From: a virus
Lineage: Duplodnaviria > Caudoviricetes
Virus record (IMG/VR): IMGVR_UViG_3300025711_000239
Span: 54,645-118,644 of that record
DNA length: 64,000 bases
Reading direction: 5' to 3' (one strand)
Part shown: positions 29,332-38,926 of the stretch, in pieces
Numbering within the stretch: the first letter of the stretch is position 1
Layout of the letters: every line of letters starts with the position of its first letter
Program-made: the position numbers and the translations under genes
Notes under the pieces: model-generated
What the model saw: the letters and a program-made list of their open reading frames with translations, nothing else
Database searches by the model: none
What the model was told of the DNA's origin: nothing

Positions 29332-30414
29332 ATGCCTAACTTCAGCGATGTAGAATTTGAGAAACGTTATAAACATTTTCTACAGGTACAATCCGAGTGG
29401 CTAACTCTCATTACGGACCACCAGATTTTCATTGATAAAAACGCCTTGGGTGAAGAATGCCGTCCTATCGGGTTTATCACTGACAAGAAAGCCTTCCAGC
29501 GCGCCGAGCACCTGCTGGCCGATTGGCAGAGTTTTGCTGACCTGGCAGAAGAGAAACGTAAAGCGCGTTCAATCGCTATCACCACGAACCTTTATCTTCC
29601 AGTTCCGACCCTGATAGTTAATCCTAAGCACGTCACCATTAACCGCTTCCGCGCCACTGCGACCGCGAACCACACACGCGAAGATATTCTCAGACGTTAT
29701 GAGAAGCAGATCGGCAAGCTGCGCAAGGTTCCGTTTGCTGCCGGTGCCATCATGTCGCTGGAGGATGAGAAAAAGGTATTTGAAGAGGCCGCGCCTGGCG
29801 CAATGTACCGCGCACGCACCAGCAACTACTCTGACATTCAGGTAACGGCGCGTTACACCGACGACAAGAAAGACGAAGGTGAATCGTTCCGGTATGGCGC
29901 GCACGGCATGCTTATCTACGGCGACAACCTGAATAAAGAGCGCGACATTAAGCTGAACGTTAACAGCAACGGCGGTTACACGTCCTCTTATGATGCGATC
30001 TCACCTATAACATGCTCAGTGCTGCCGAATGCCAAGCTGTACACGATGGAAGACGTGGAATACAGCAAAACTCTGGCTGCGCAGCGGTCTTCGGTTGCAT
30101 ACACGGTAAACACACGCCGCGCTCAGTTTGAAAACCGGGCAAAGGCCAAGATTGCGAAGGCAAAAGACGCACAGGAAGCGCGTCTGTTTAAGGCTGAAAT
30201 CGACGAAAACCGTGACCTGCTGGAGAAGCTGGAGGCCTATGACTGGGCGCTGCTGGATAAGAAGGTAGCAGCTGGTGATACAGAGCAGCTGACTATGCCG
30301 GAAATCCGTAAGCGTTACGGCGGTGAAGAGCCTCGCGCCGGTAAAAACATGCGCAATATGTACACTCTGCTGCGTGAGTTAGAAAGCAATCAGAAAAAGC
30401 AGGACCAAGAATAA
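29332..30414 (+). CDS. c1: C1-type primary repressor
   Basis: RP.., LYLPVP, SSYDAISPITC..PNAKLY motifs resemble P1 C1; lies between pacB and the lox site as in P1. Confidence 0.8.
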   Translation: MPNFSDVEFEKRYKHFLQVQSEWLTLITDHQIFIDKNALGEECRPIGFITDKKAFQRAEHLLADWQSFADLAEEKRKARSIAITTNLYLPVPTLIVNPKHVTINRFRATATANHTREDILRRYEKQIGKLRKVPFAAGAIMSLEDEKKVFEEAAPGAMYRARTSNYSDIQVTARYTDDKKDEGESFRYGAHGMLIYGDNLNKERDIKLNVNSNGGYTSSYDAISPITCSVLPNAKLYTMEDVEYSKTLAAQRSSVAYTVNTRRAQFENRAKAKIAKAKDAQEARLFKAEIDENRDLLEKLEAYDWALLDKKVAAGDTEQLTMPEIRKRYGGEEPRAGKNMRNMYTLLRELESNQKKQDQE

Positions 30415-30444
30415 TCAGTATCCTGCCACCAGCAGTGAGAACAG

Positions 30445-30468
30445 AAGGGCGCATAAGCGCCCTTTTTT
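30445..30468 (+). terminator. Terminator after c1
   Basis: AAGGGCGC-ATAA-GCGCCCTT followed by T-tract. Confidence 0.8.
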
Positions 30469-30537
30469 ATTGCCGTTAATCTGCCGTTTCGCCTGGTTGT
30501 TAAGCAGCTACTGACTATAGTGGTTGCCCGCTGGTGG

Positions 30538-32049
30538 TCAGGTCAGCAACGCATCCAGCTCTGACAGCTCATCCAACTTGCTCTGTGTGAAGTCAGCCAT
30601 ATCTTCGCTCAGTTCGGCCTCTGCCGGACGGTAGCCAATCAGGAAAATGAAGCAGTAGGTATCCCAGCGGTCAGGCGACTTGATGTTAAGTTTTTGGCGC
30701 ATCTGCGGCTTAGGCACCATCATAATCCGCCCCATTTCATCCATAAAGTACGGAATTTTTGAAGCCTGCTCTGCCGTGTGCTGCGAGATATCAATGCGCA
30801 TACGGCCCGACCGGATCGCGTCAGCAGCCATGATGTTCGACCAGGCGCGCTGGTTCTTAAAGCGCTCCCTCACCTTCTTACTGAATGGCGGCTGGCCCCA
30901 GCGAATACTGACTGCGTTAACGCCCCGGCGCTCCAGCTGCTTAAGCGTACCTGATCCCACGCCGTCTCCGTCCACGGCAATCGTAATGCCCGGATAGCGC
31001 TCCTGCGTGCATTCGTTGGCTATATAGTCACCGAACGAGATCGGATCCATTGTGCCTGGCATTTCCACCAGCTTAAACGACACGACACGGCGGGCATCAC
31101 CGTAGCCGGATACCTTACAGATATTGAGTATCGACTTATCGCGCCCGTTACCGACGTCGGCGGTGGCCACCCATCCCCAGCCCTTCTCCAGATACACTTT
31201 CCGGCGCGCTGCGCGATCGCACTCGTCACGTCCCAGCAGATAGCCGCTGACGTTACGCGGGAAGCGGCCCAGCACCTTCACCATGTATTCCAGTGAATCA
31301 CGCCCGCCGTACTCCACCAGCTTCTCCCGGATGAACTTCAGGGTTACGTGCGGCGCTTCTTCGGAGTTGAGCACAATGGCATTCCAGAAGCCGTTAGGGT
31401 TATCCGGGTGTCTGGCTAAAGAATGGTGCGAGTCATAGAAGTAACCACTGGGGCGAGTAGGCTGCGACATCATCAGCATGCGGTTATCGTCTTCTGTCAG
31501 CGCACCACGCATGATAGCGATCGCTTTATCAGAGATACCCGACGCTTCATCGAGAATCAGCAGGATGTGCGCGGCGTGCTCACCGGCCAGCGCTTCCTCA
31601 TTACCCAGACGATAGCCCTTACAGAGCACCTCCCAGATGCCCTTACGCGACTTCTCATAAAACATGGTATCGGTCAGGGTGAAGTAGTTCTGAAGCCACG
31701 GGTGACGTCTGGCGGCGTTCGCCCAGTAGGTTTTCACATACTTGAATACGCCGGTCTTAACCTGCCCGATTTTGTTGGCCACGATGATTACACGGGCATC
31801 CGGATACATGATCATGTAGATAAGCAGCATCATGGCCGTCAGGGATGATTTACCGGTACCGTGTCCGGACGTTACGGTAGTCTGGCTCCCGGTCTCCTGT
31901 ACGGAGTTCATGATCTCTTCCTGTTGCCAGGTGGGGATCATGCCAAACAGCTCAACGACGGCCAGCGCCCAGTTATAGCGGTACCGGATAACCATATCGC
32001 GCCAGCGCGGGTCTGTGGTAACGCTCTTAATTCGCTTCTGGCCACCCAT
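30538..32049 (-). CDS. pacB: Terminase large subunit PacB
   Basis: SGHGTGKS Walker A, ILDEASG Walker B, ADVG and KSPD nuclease motifs. Confidence 0.93.
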   Translation of the reverse strand: MGGQKRIKSVTTDPRWRDMVIRYRYNWALAVVELFGMIPTWQQEEIMNSVQETGSQTTVTSGHGTGKSSLTAMMLLIYMIMYPDARVIIVANKIGQVKTGVFKYVKTYWANAARRHPWLQNYFTLTDTMFYEKSRKGIWEVLCKGYRLGNEEALAGEHAAHILLILDEASGISDKAIAIMRGALTEDDNRMLMMSQPTRPSGYFYDSHHSLARHPDNPNGFWNAIVLNSEEAPHVTLKFIREKLVEYGGRDSLEYMVKVLGRFPRNVSGYLLGRDECDRAARRKVYLEKGWGWVATADVGNGRDKSILNICKVSGYGDARRVVSFKLVEMPGTMDPISFGDYIANECTQERYPGITIAVDGDGVGSGTLKQLERRGVNAVSIRWGQPPFSKKVRERFKNQRAWSNIMAADAIRSGRMRIDISQHTAEQASKIPYFMDEMGRIMMVPKPQMRQKLNIKSPDRWDTYCFIFLIGYRPAEAELSEDMADFTQSKLDELSELDALLT

Positions 32050-33323
32050 CAGGCTTCATCCTCGCCCGGTATGACGTCTATCTCAGGCGGTATATCGTCG
32101 TCATCGCCATACAGCTCCGCCGTGGCCATATAGTCAAAGTTGCCATTCAGATTACCCTCGCCCGCCGTTTCGCCGGCGCGGTTCTCTCCGTCCGCCTGGA
32201 CGTCACCAAATCCACCACCATCCACCAGCGCCGCGACTGCTGCACGCCGTTCCTCTACAAAGGCTGCGCTGGTGGCCTGCTGTTCGCGGAACTTCCTCGC
32301 ATCCCGATCCAGCTGTTCTTCAGTAACCGCCCCGGTTTCATCAACTGGCGGTTCGGCGTTCTTGAGCTCGTTCTCAAGGCGTCTGGACAGCGACTCCGGC
32401 AGCTTGATACCGTGCCGCTCGATGTATTCTGCCGTCTGCAGTAAGTCCCAGTCCTTTTCTTCGCGCAGCTGGTAGGCACGGCTGATCACCTCACCGGCGT
32501 TATGCGTCAGCGCATGCTTCTCATTGTCGCGCCGGTTCTTATCGGTGCCGCTGGCTATCGCGGCTACGCGTGTGGCGTGGTCATTGACCAGATAGCCGAC
32601 TTCAATCATCAGCTTGGTCATTTTCAGGATAGGGTGAGGCCCGCCACCGCCTTCGTCATCACCCTTTTTGCCACCGCTCTCCAGGTTGTCGGCTTCGAGC
32701 TCAAACAGCTCTACCGCCCGCGCCGTGGTGCGCTTCAGCAGGTCCATGTGGGCCAGCGAGTCAAACAGCACCGTCATGGCGCTGGCCTCCACGCCCTCGC
32801 CCAGCACCTCTAAAGCCGCTTCATAATCTTCCGGCCGCGGGTAGCCGCGCCGGTTAGCCACCAGCTTAGTTTCATGCCCTTCCTCAAAGGGTTTACCCTC
32901 CCCGCGAGGCTTTGGAGTGTGCTTCGGGCGCCCGGAATCCTGATCACCGGCATTTATGATCTTTTTGGCATGTGAAGCATTGGGCTTTTTCTTCGCGCCA
33001 GGCTGCGCTGCTGTGTCAGCGCGTGGTTCCAGCACCCCCTCTAAAGCCGCGCTGTGCCTGAGTTTTCGCCCGTTTCGGCGGATGGTCAGGTCTTCTTTAC
33101 TGGTGTGATCATTTTGATGATCAGAAGCGTGATCACTCGAATGATCATGATTGTGATCACCAGCCTGATCACTCATTGCGGCCAGCGCCTTGCCGTTCAG
33201 CTCCCGACGTGCGGTGTTAAACGGCAGACCGTAGTGCTCACAGTACTCTTTGACGGTTATCCCGCTCTGCGCCTTCTGCTCGATGAAGGCTTTTCTGTGG
33301 TCATCCCAGTTAACTTTGGACAT
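32049..33323 (-). CDS. pacA: Terminase small subunit PacA
   Basis: N-terminal HTH; contains the pac repeats; coupled to pacB. Confidence 0.88.
   Translation of the reverse strand: MSKVNWDDHRKAFIEQKAQSGITVKEYCEHYGLPFNTARRELNGKALAAMSDQAGDHNHDHSSDHASDHQNDHTSKEDLTIRRNGRKLRHSAALEGVLEPRADTAAQPGAKKKPNASHAKKIINAGDQDSGRPKHTPKPRGEGKPFEEGHETKLVANRRGYPRPEDYEAALEVLGEGVEASAMTVLFDSLAHMDLLKRTTARAVELFELEADNLESGGKKGDDEGGGGPHPILKMTKLMIEVGYLVNDHATRVAAIASGTDKNRRDNEKHALTHNAGEVISRAYQLREEKDWDLLQTAEYIERHGIKLPESLSRRLENELKNAEPPVDETGAVTEEQLDRDARKFREQQATSAAFVEERRAAVAALVDGGGFGDVQADGENRAGETAGEGNLNGNFDYMATAELYGDDDDIPPEIDVIPGEDEA
33106..33171. repeat. pac site: six TGATCA hexamers at 12-bp period
   Basis: TGATCA at 33106, 33118, 33130, 33142, 33154, 33166 inside pacA, like the P1 Dam-regulated pac hexamers. 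Confidence 0.85.
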
Positions 33324-33356
33324 GGTTTATCGTTCAAAAAAGGCCAATAAACCGGG

Positions 33357-33377
33357 ATGGTATGGAGTCTGTAATTT
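33357..33377 (-). promoter_or_regulatory. Putative late promoter of pacAB
   Basis: AAATTACAGACTCCATACCAT. Confidence 0.6.
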
Positions 33378-33508
33378 GCAGTGATCACAATAATGATCAC
33401 GGACTACACAAACGCGCTGGAAAGTTACCGTTTAAGTGTCATTTTTTTAAAATTAGTGGTACTTTTGAATCTCAATCAAAGTACGAAATAAACCACTGGA
33501 TAATTTAA

Positions 33509-34633
33509 ATGACTAATAAGAAAGCTGTTTTAGTAGCTGTAGATGCGGGTTCAGGCAACGTAACGATTGCCTATGAGGAAAAAGGCCAATGGCTTTCCCT
33601 TATCACCCCGTCGCTGGTTCATGAAGGCCACCAGCAGTCCTATTCAAACAATGCGTCATCTACCTGGTTTACCGAAAACGGCAACGGGAATGAAGCAGCC
33701 TATACCGTCGTGAAAAAGGGCTTTACTGACCTGTACGACACCTGCGACCCGGACTACCAGATTTCCGCACCACACCGCGTGCTGGTTCATGAATGCCTGA
33801 AACGTGCTGGCATCGTGGATTGCGACGTCATCCTGGGTGAAACCCTACCAATCGGACAGTTCTACAGCGGTACCGGCGTTATCAATCAGGACCGCATCAA
33901 CCGCAAAGTTGAAAGCCTGAAAAAGCCTGTGCGCAACTACAGCGGCGACGTTGCTCCGGCGCGCATCAAACACGTTGAGGTCTTCCCGGAAGCTGTACCG
34001 GCGATTCTGGCCGCACAGTCCGAATTTCCAGACCTGGAGCAGGCACAGACCATTCTGGTGATTGATATCGGCAGATTCACCTGTGATATCGCTATCGTGG
34101 ATGAAGAGCTGGTGCCAATTAAAAAGGCCAGCTTTGAGCATGGCATTCAGAAGATGATTAACCGCGTCCTGGTGCTGCTGCAGGAGTTCGAAAAGAGTTC
34201 TGGCCGCTCATTCAACGCAGAAGAAATCCCGGTTGGTATCGTGGACGATATTATCCGTCAGGGTTACATCGGCTCCCGTATGGAAGCAGCCAAAGACAAG
34301 CGTATCGACGTAACCAGCGTTATCGATCAGGCAGCGGGTGAGCTGGCGTCTGAAATCTGGCGTGACGTACGCTCTCTGCTGCGCAACGTAATCGCCCTTG
34401 ACGCTGTTCTGGTTGTCGGTGGCGGTGCTAACTATCTGGCAGGCCGTCAGGCAGGCCTGAGCGACCATACAGCTGACTGGCACGATATGGTCATCATCCC
34501 GGCACAGCCAGAGCTTTCCATTGCGCGTGGCGTATTCATGGCGCTTATGTCATCAGAAGAAGAGCTACGTGACACGATCAAAGAAACGGCGACCGTAAGC
34601 GACATTAAAAGCCGCGCCAGCGATAAAGGTTAA
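33509..34633 (+). CDS. parM: ParM/StbA actin-like partition ATPase
   Basis: VDAGSGN, VFPEA, IDIGRFTCD and VVGGGA actin-fold motifs. Confidence 0.9.
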   Translation: MTNKKAVLVAVDAGSGNVTIAYEEKGQWLSLITPSLVHEGHQQSYSNNASSTWFTENGNGNEAAYTVVKKGFTDLYDTCDPDYQISAPHRVLVHECLKRAGIVDCDVILGETLPIGQFYSGTGVINQDRINRKVESLKKPVRNYSGDVAPARIKHVEVFPEAVPAILAAQSEFPDLEQAQTILVIDIGRFTCDIAIVDEELVPIKKASFEHGIQKMINRVLVLLQEFEKSSGRSFNAEEIPVGIVDDIIRQGYIGSRMEAAKDKRIDVTSVIDQAAGELASEIWRDVRSLLRNVIALDAVLVVGGGANYLAGRQAGLSDHTADWHDMVIIPAQPELSIARGVFMALMSSEEELRDTIKETATVSDIKSRASDKG

Positions 34634-34635
34634 CT

Positions 34636-35193
34636 ATGAGTCAGGTATTAAGATTAAGCGGGCTGGAGGACGACGGGTTACTTACCGGCGCTGCTCTGGC
34701 TGAATATAACCGGTTGCAGACCAACGCGGCCAAGCGTAGCTATCTGGTGCGCCTGGTGCGCAGTGGCTACGCGCTGGATGAAATGGGCTTAAGTCCCGTC
34801 ATCGAGCTGTTGCAGACAACGGACGGCAAGAAGTTCCTGAAAATGTCCGAGCGTGAGCGTCTGCAGCGTCTGCTTACCATGATCAGCGCCCTGTTGGGTG
34901 AAAGCGCTGGCGTGCCGGTTGCTGCTGCTCCGTCAGCGCCAGCAGCCGTACAGTCAGCGCCAGCGGCGGAACAGGCTATGCCAGAGTCAGTAGCGCCACC
35001 AGCAGCAGAAGCCCTGCCAGCTGAGCCGGTAGCTACTGCCAGTGAGCCTGAACAGCCTGTCGCTGCTCCTGCCCGGAGTACATCGGAGTCTTCGGACGAA
35101 GATGATAAGCCACAGGCATGGGGCGGTCCGTCAATGGCCAAAGCAGGTAAAGCACGTAACCTGCTTCAGGCCAGCAAAAAGAACGCCGGATAG
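34636..35193 (+). CDS. ParR/StbB-like adaptor
   Basis: Follows parM; folded N-terminus, Pro/Ala-rich linker, short basic C-terminal helix. Confidence 0.6.
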   Translation: MSQVLRLSGLEDDGLLTGAALAEYNRLQTNAAKRSYLVRLVRSGYALDEMGLSPVIELLQTTDGKKFLKMSERERLQRLLTMISALLGESAGVPVAAAPSAPAAVQSAPAAEQAMPESVAPPAAEALPAEPVATASEPEQPVAAPARSTSESSDEDDKPQAWGGPSMAKAGKARNLLQASKKNAG

Positions 35194-35214
35194 TCCTGAT
35201 TATCCCAGCCCCGT

Positions 35215-35622
35215 TCACATGAGCGGGGCATTCTCTATCCTTCCCCTTCTGCACATATCCATCAGTTCCCTTGCCATTGCGCACACCGACTGCTGCTCCA
35301 TTTCCTTTTTCTGAAGAACCTGCTTCGTGGCGCTTTCCACACACAGCGAACCGTAATTGAGATCCTTTCTTCCGCGTACCTTGAAGATATAGCCGTTCAT
35401 GGCCTCCAGCCGATACTGGCGGGGATACGCGTCGGGATGTACCCGGCATTGTGCGAACGGCGAACGTACAAAGGAGCGCAGGATATTGGAGATAATGCCG
35501 GTGTTCACCGCTAAGTGCGGGTATTCAGTTTCCACCAGCTTAGTGACTTCGGCCACTGTCATGTAGTCCCGTCTGCGTATCAACAGATCGGCTACCTCTA
35601 TACTGCTCACCTTTTGGTCCAT
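35215..35622 (-). CDS. lpa: Late promoter activator Lpa
   Basis: S.E.AD..IR....EYPHL.V..PR..MAR.L pattern as recalled for P1 Lpa; upstream of pacA on the same strand. Confidence 0.7.
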   Translation of the reverse strand: MDQKVSSIEVADLLIRRRDYMTVAEVTKLVETEYPHLAVNTGIISNILRSFVRSPFAQCRVHPDAYPRQYRLEAMNGYIFKVRGRKDLNYGSLCVESATKQVLQKKEMEQQSVCAMARELMDMCRRGRIENAPLM

Positions 35623-36040
35623 GTACTGCTCCGCTTGAATTGACTACAAGCAATTCTAAGGATTGTGTAATCCGAGCAAGTGCGAACGATGTAAATATCG
35701 CCATTATTAGCAGGTATGAATGAGTTTTCAGGATGATTCTGGCCATGACAGGCGTATGGCTAAACTGGCTGGTGGGCTTATCATGTTGTGACGATTGCAG
35801 TACTGGCAGTGTACTCCCGCACTATTACCGGCCCTTAATAGGTCCACAATAAGTTATAGTGCTGAGCGGTATTATCACGGAAAAACTGGATATGTTACTT
35901 AGAGTTTGAACAATGTGCAGTGTGTTGCCGGTGCCGGACGAGGGTGTTCATCCGGCAATCATGTATCAGGTAGTGGCTTACTACTCTGAACCAGAAAGTT
36001 ACTCTGTCACGTCCAGACTACTGACTTTTTACTGTTCCCG

Positions 36041-36631
36041 TTACACCACCTTCCAGTCGCTTGCGAGAATATCGGTAGAAGCAGGCGACCAGTCAGAGAC
36101 AGTCAGCTGTTCTGCGTCAACGAGCAGAAGCTGAGGCATCTGCGTGACAGTAGCCTCCGGATTGCAGTCAAAGTAACGTGCCGGTACGCCGTACATGTCT
36201 GTTCCCATCAGCGCGGCGCGCATCATGCCTCTGTTGAGTCGGAGATAAACTCCCTTCCCCCATGTTTCCCGTGCCACCTTACAGCCTTCAGATAGCCATA
36301 GTTGTGCCACGGCTAGCGGTGCATGCTCCTGCCTGAAATTCAGTTCGCCCTTCTCAATCATCGCTTCATTTTGCAGGATCAGACCGTTCAACTTAATCAG
36401 CGCGACACAGGCGGCGTGGTTCAGGGTTTCGCCATAACCGGTCATTGTCAGGCCGTTTTTACTGATAACGGCGGCATATCCGGTGTTTTTGGTCTCGGAC
36501 GTCTCTGTAATGGTGTATCCAAGACGGGCAATAACCGCCAGAAGTGCCATATAATCGCCTGCGTAGTCAGCTTCGGCATCTGCGAACATAGCGATCGTGG
36601 CATTTAATTGTTGAGCGGTCATCATTATCAA
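36041..36631 (-). CDS. ABA-sandwich-like domain fused to DUF2829/Tad2-like domain
   Basis: C-terminal LSEGCKVARETW...WSPASTDILASDWKVV. Confidence 0.75.
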   Translation of the reverse strand: MIMMTAQQLNATIAMFADAEADYAGDYMALLAVIARLGYTITETSETKNTGYAAVISKNGLTMTGYGETLNHAACVALIKLNGLILQNEAMIEKGELNFRQEHAPLAVAQLWLSEGCKVARETWGKGVYLRLNRGMMRAALMGTDMYGVPARYFDCNPEATVTQMPQLLLVDAEQLTVSDWSPASTDILASDWKVV

Positions 36632-36960
36632 TAGCCTCGTTTCTGTTTGCGCTTCTGCGCTGTATGTCTGCGTTTCTTCTCTGCGTCGCAGTGCTGCTGT
36701 GCTTCTGCAATGCTTGTGGCCAAACGACGTATTCCCTGTTCGATCTCTTCCTGCGCCGGTGGCCGGGTATCGCCCACCAGCAATGTTCTTACCTGCGGTA
36801 CGGGAATGGTTGGCGGACGGCGGGCTACCCAGCTGAGACTCCCCATTAATGCGCCCATCAGTGCGATCTTTTTCATGCGTTTTCTCTTCCTGCAGGCGTG
36901 CAGAATCCCCGGCAGGTGCCGGTGATTAAATTTCACCTGGTTAAGTCCGGCGTGGGACAC
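36628..36960 (-). CDS. Hypothetical basic protein
   Basis: Coupled to the downstream gene; start probably at MKKIAL. Confidence 0.4.
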   Translation of the reverse strand: MSHAGLNQVKFNHRHLPGILHACRKRKRMKKIALMGALMGSLSWVARRPPTIPVPQVRTLLVGDTRPPAQEEIEQGIRRLATSIAEAQQHCDAEKKRRHTAQKRKQKRGY

Positions 36961-37021
36961 GCACGGCGATAATTTGAAGCCAGCGCCAGCGCCGGCGCGT
37001 GGCCAGTTGGCTGTAATGAGA

Positions 37022-37122
37022 TTGTGCTGCCCGGATTCGAACCGGCTACCGTCCGTCTGTCCCCATCAGGCCTTACGGCTATTCAATGGAACGGCGGCTG
37101 CTCCCCTTAAGCGACAGCACAA
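37022..37122 (-). ncRNA. tRNA-like RNA with expanded central arm
   Basis: Acceptor TGTGCTG/CAGCACA, D-like arm GCTT-AAGGG-GAGC, T arm CCGG-TTCGAAT-CCGG; about 50 nt replace the anticodon arm. Confidence 0.5.
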
Positions 37123-37344
37123 CGGTAAAAGCACGTTGCAGGCGCTCTTACCTGTTGTCCTATATCAGCCCGCCACCAGCTGCGCGACAAGCCATTTATG
37201 ACCAGCAAACAGTCCGGCATTCAGCAGGCCGTGAAACATGGCAAACTGCATAGCTCTGATGGTCTTTGTGTAGGTGCTGTCACTCATGCGTATCACGTCC
37301 GGATTGGCTGGCTGTCTTACCCTGATCATGCCAGAAGTAGCGTC

Positions 37345-37734
37345 TCAATATTCTGGTAAATAAAATCCGCGAATACGGGTTGCTAACAGTTTATTGCAAA
37401 GGGATATTGCCCCTCTCTGCGCCAGCATCAGCTGTGACTCTACAGGCGATAATTCCTCAAAAAGAGGTGAGTCCTGCATCATTTTAATCATCTGATCTTC
37501 CATGTCTGACAGTATTTTCAACTCCATAATGGCGCGCTGCTGATACGGGTCAAGATGTGAAACATCTTCCATCACGACATAGCTTTCAGCCAGTTCTTGC
37601 TCACTTACTAGGGCAATGCAGGATCCGTGTTCATCCCATAGTGCGTATTTGCACAATCCACTATTCTTTTCTATACGCTCAATGGTTAACGGCTGCGGTC
37701 TGGCTAAAGCGACACGATTTTTACCCTTGTCCAT
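37345..37734 (-). CDS. Protein with crAss001_48-like helical C-terminal domain
   Basis: LDPYQQR...EL....F.ELS..E..LM.AQ..A.....L.TRI..F pattern. Confidence 0.6.
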   Translation of the reverse strand: MDKGKNRVALARPQPLTIERIEKNSGLCKYALWDEHGSCIALVSEQELAESYVVMEDVSHLDPYQQRAIMELKILSDMEDQMIKMMQDSPLFEELSPVESQLMLAQRGAISLCNKLLATRIRGFYLPEY

Positions 37735-37972
37735 ATATACCTCTCATAAATGTTTATGGTGGCCGGTGCCATACCCGGCAAGTAACCCCTCAAGTGACTG
37801 GTCAACCTGGTTACTGGCGGCTTTAACCCCTGTGTACGCGACTGAAGAAGCGGGGGCCAGTCTTGCGATCGCAGCAGCAACTGCGAATGCACCACAACGG
37901 ATAGAGCACTGACCATTCCTAGTCCAATGGCGCTTTGCGCAAAGCATCAATGCTCTTTCCTGTTGGTGTGCC

Positions 37973-38101
37973 TTATTTGCGTCGCTGCTTCTTCCTGCTG
38001 CCTCTTACCGCTTTAATGAACGTCTCGATGGCATAGATGGCCACCAGCGCGTAAATCACGGTGAGAAACGGGTGCTCTGCAGCAAATTCTGATAACGACA
38101 T
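37973..38101 (-). CDS. 42-aa single-TM protein (TciC-like position)
   Basis: Manual translation MSLSEFAAEHPFLTVIYALVAIYAIETFIKAVRGSRKKQRRK; SD AAGGA. Confidence 0.5.
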   Translation of the reverse strand: MSLSEFAAEHPFLTVIYALVAIYAIETFIKAVRGSRKKQRRK

Positions 38102-38327
38102 AATGCGTCCTTCGTAGAGGAATGCTGTCTATTCCAGCTGTCAGAACTAACCGCCCAGGCGCTCAACCTGCGATGACAATATCCTGCTGGCTGGATGACA
38201 TTACGTGTTGACCGGATAACCAAACAGACGAGAAGGTAATTAAACGCCCAAGCTCCGCACCCACATGTCCCATAATGCCCCACTTTCGGCCACCAGCAGG
38301 GATCGCTGGCATATTGTTACTGGCCGT

Positions 38328-38492
38328 TTATTTCTTTGCTGCCTTAAAGGCGAACTTTAAAAAAGGCATGGCGACATAAATAGCAAGGCCGATTAATGCT
38401 AAATCAGCGCCCACTGATAAGATCCTACTGGTGAAGTCCACCAGTATGGCCAGCAGAAGCAGCAGCGCGGCAAAGAAAAGGCGGAATTTCAT
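38328..38492 (-). CDS. 54-aa two-TM protein (DUF3927/TciB-like)
   Basis: Manual translation MKFRLFFAALLLLLAILVDFTSRILSVGAD...; TAATG overlap with the TerB gene. Confidence 0.7.
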   Translation of the reverse strand: MKFRLFFAALLLLLAILVDFTSRILSVGADLALIGLAIYVAMPFLKFAFKAAKK

Positions 38493-38926
38493 TACACGTA
38501 ATCGTCGTAACGCAGGCCCAGCACACGGCCAACTTCTTCGATAACTTTCTTTTCTTCCGGCGCGATATCACCATCAGCTTCAGCCAGAGTGATCATGTTC
38601 ACGAACACTTCAACCGCCTCTTTCTGGTCGTTTTTAATGTCCTGGATTTCTTCTAAGATTTTGTTCTTGCCTACGCGGAAACCGGCTTCAAGCTGCTCTT
38701 TAAAGCGGGTAATGCTCTGCGTAATTTCAGGACCAAAATGCGACAGGTTGGCATTCGAACGAAGCAGCTTATCCAGCTTGTCCAGCTCCGACTGATCGAT
38801 AGACCCATCAGCTGCAGCCACAAGCAGGCAACCGCCAACGATCGCTTCCATCAGGTCGCGGTTTTCAATCTTCTTCAGTTCCTGACGTGCTGCTGCTGCT
38901 TTCTTGCCAAAAATTTTGCCAAACAT
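38492..38926 (-). CDS. TerB-family protein (P1 TciA-like)
   Basis: VAAADG.ID..E and AEADGDI..EE motifs. Confidence 0.88.
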   Translation of the reverse strand: MFGKIFGKKAAAARQELKKIENRDLMEAIVGGCLLVAAADGSIDQSELDKLDKLLRSNANLSHFGPEITQSITRFKEQLEAGFRVGKNKILEEIQDIKNDQKEAVEVFVNMITLAEADGDIAPEEKKVIEEVGRVLGLRYDDYV

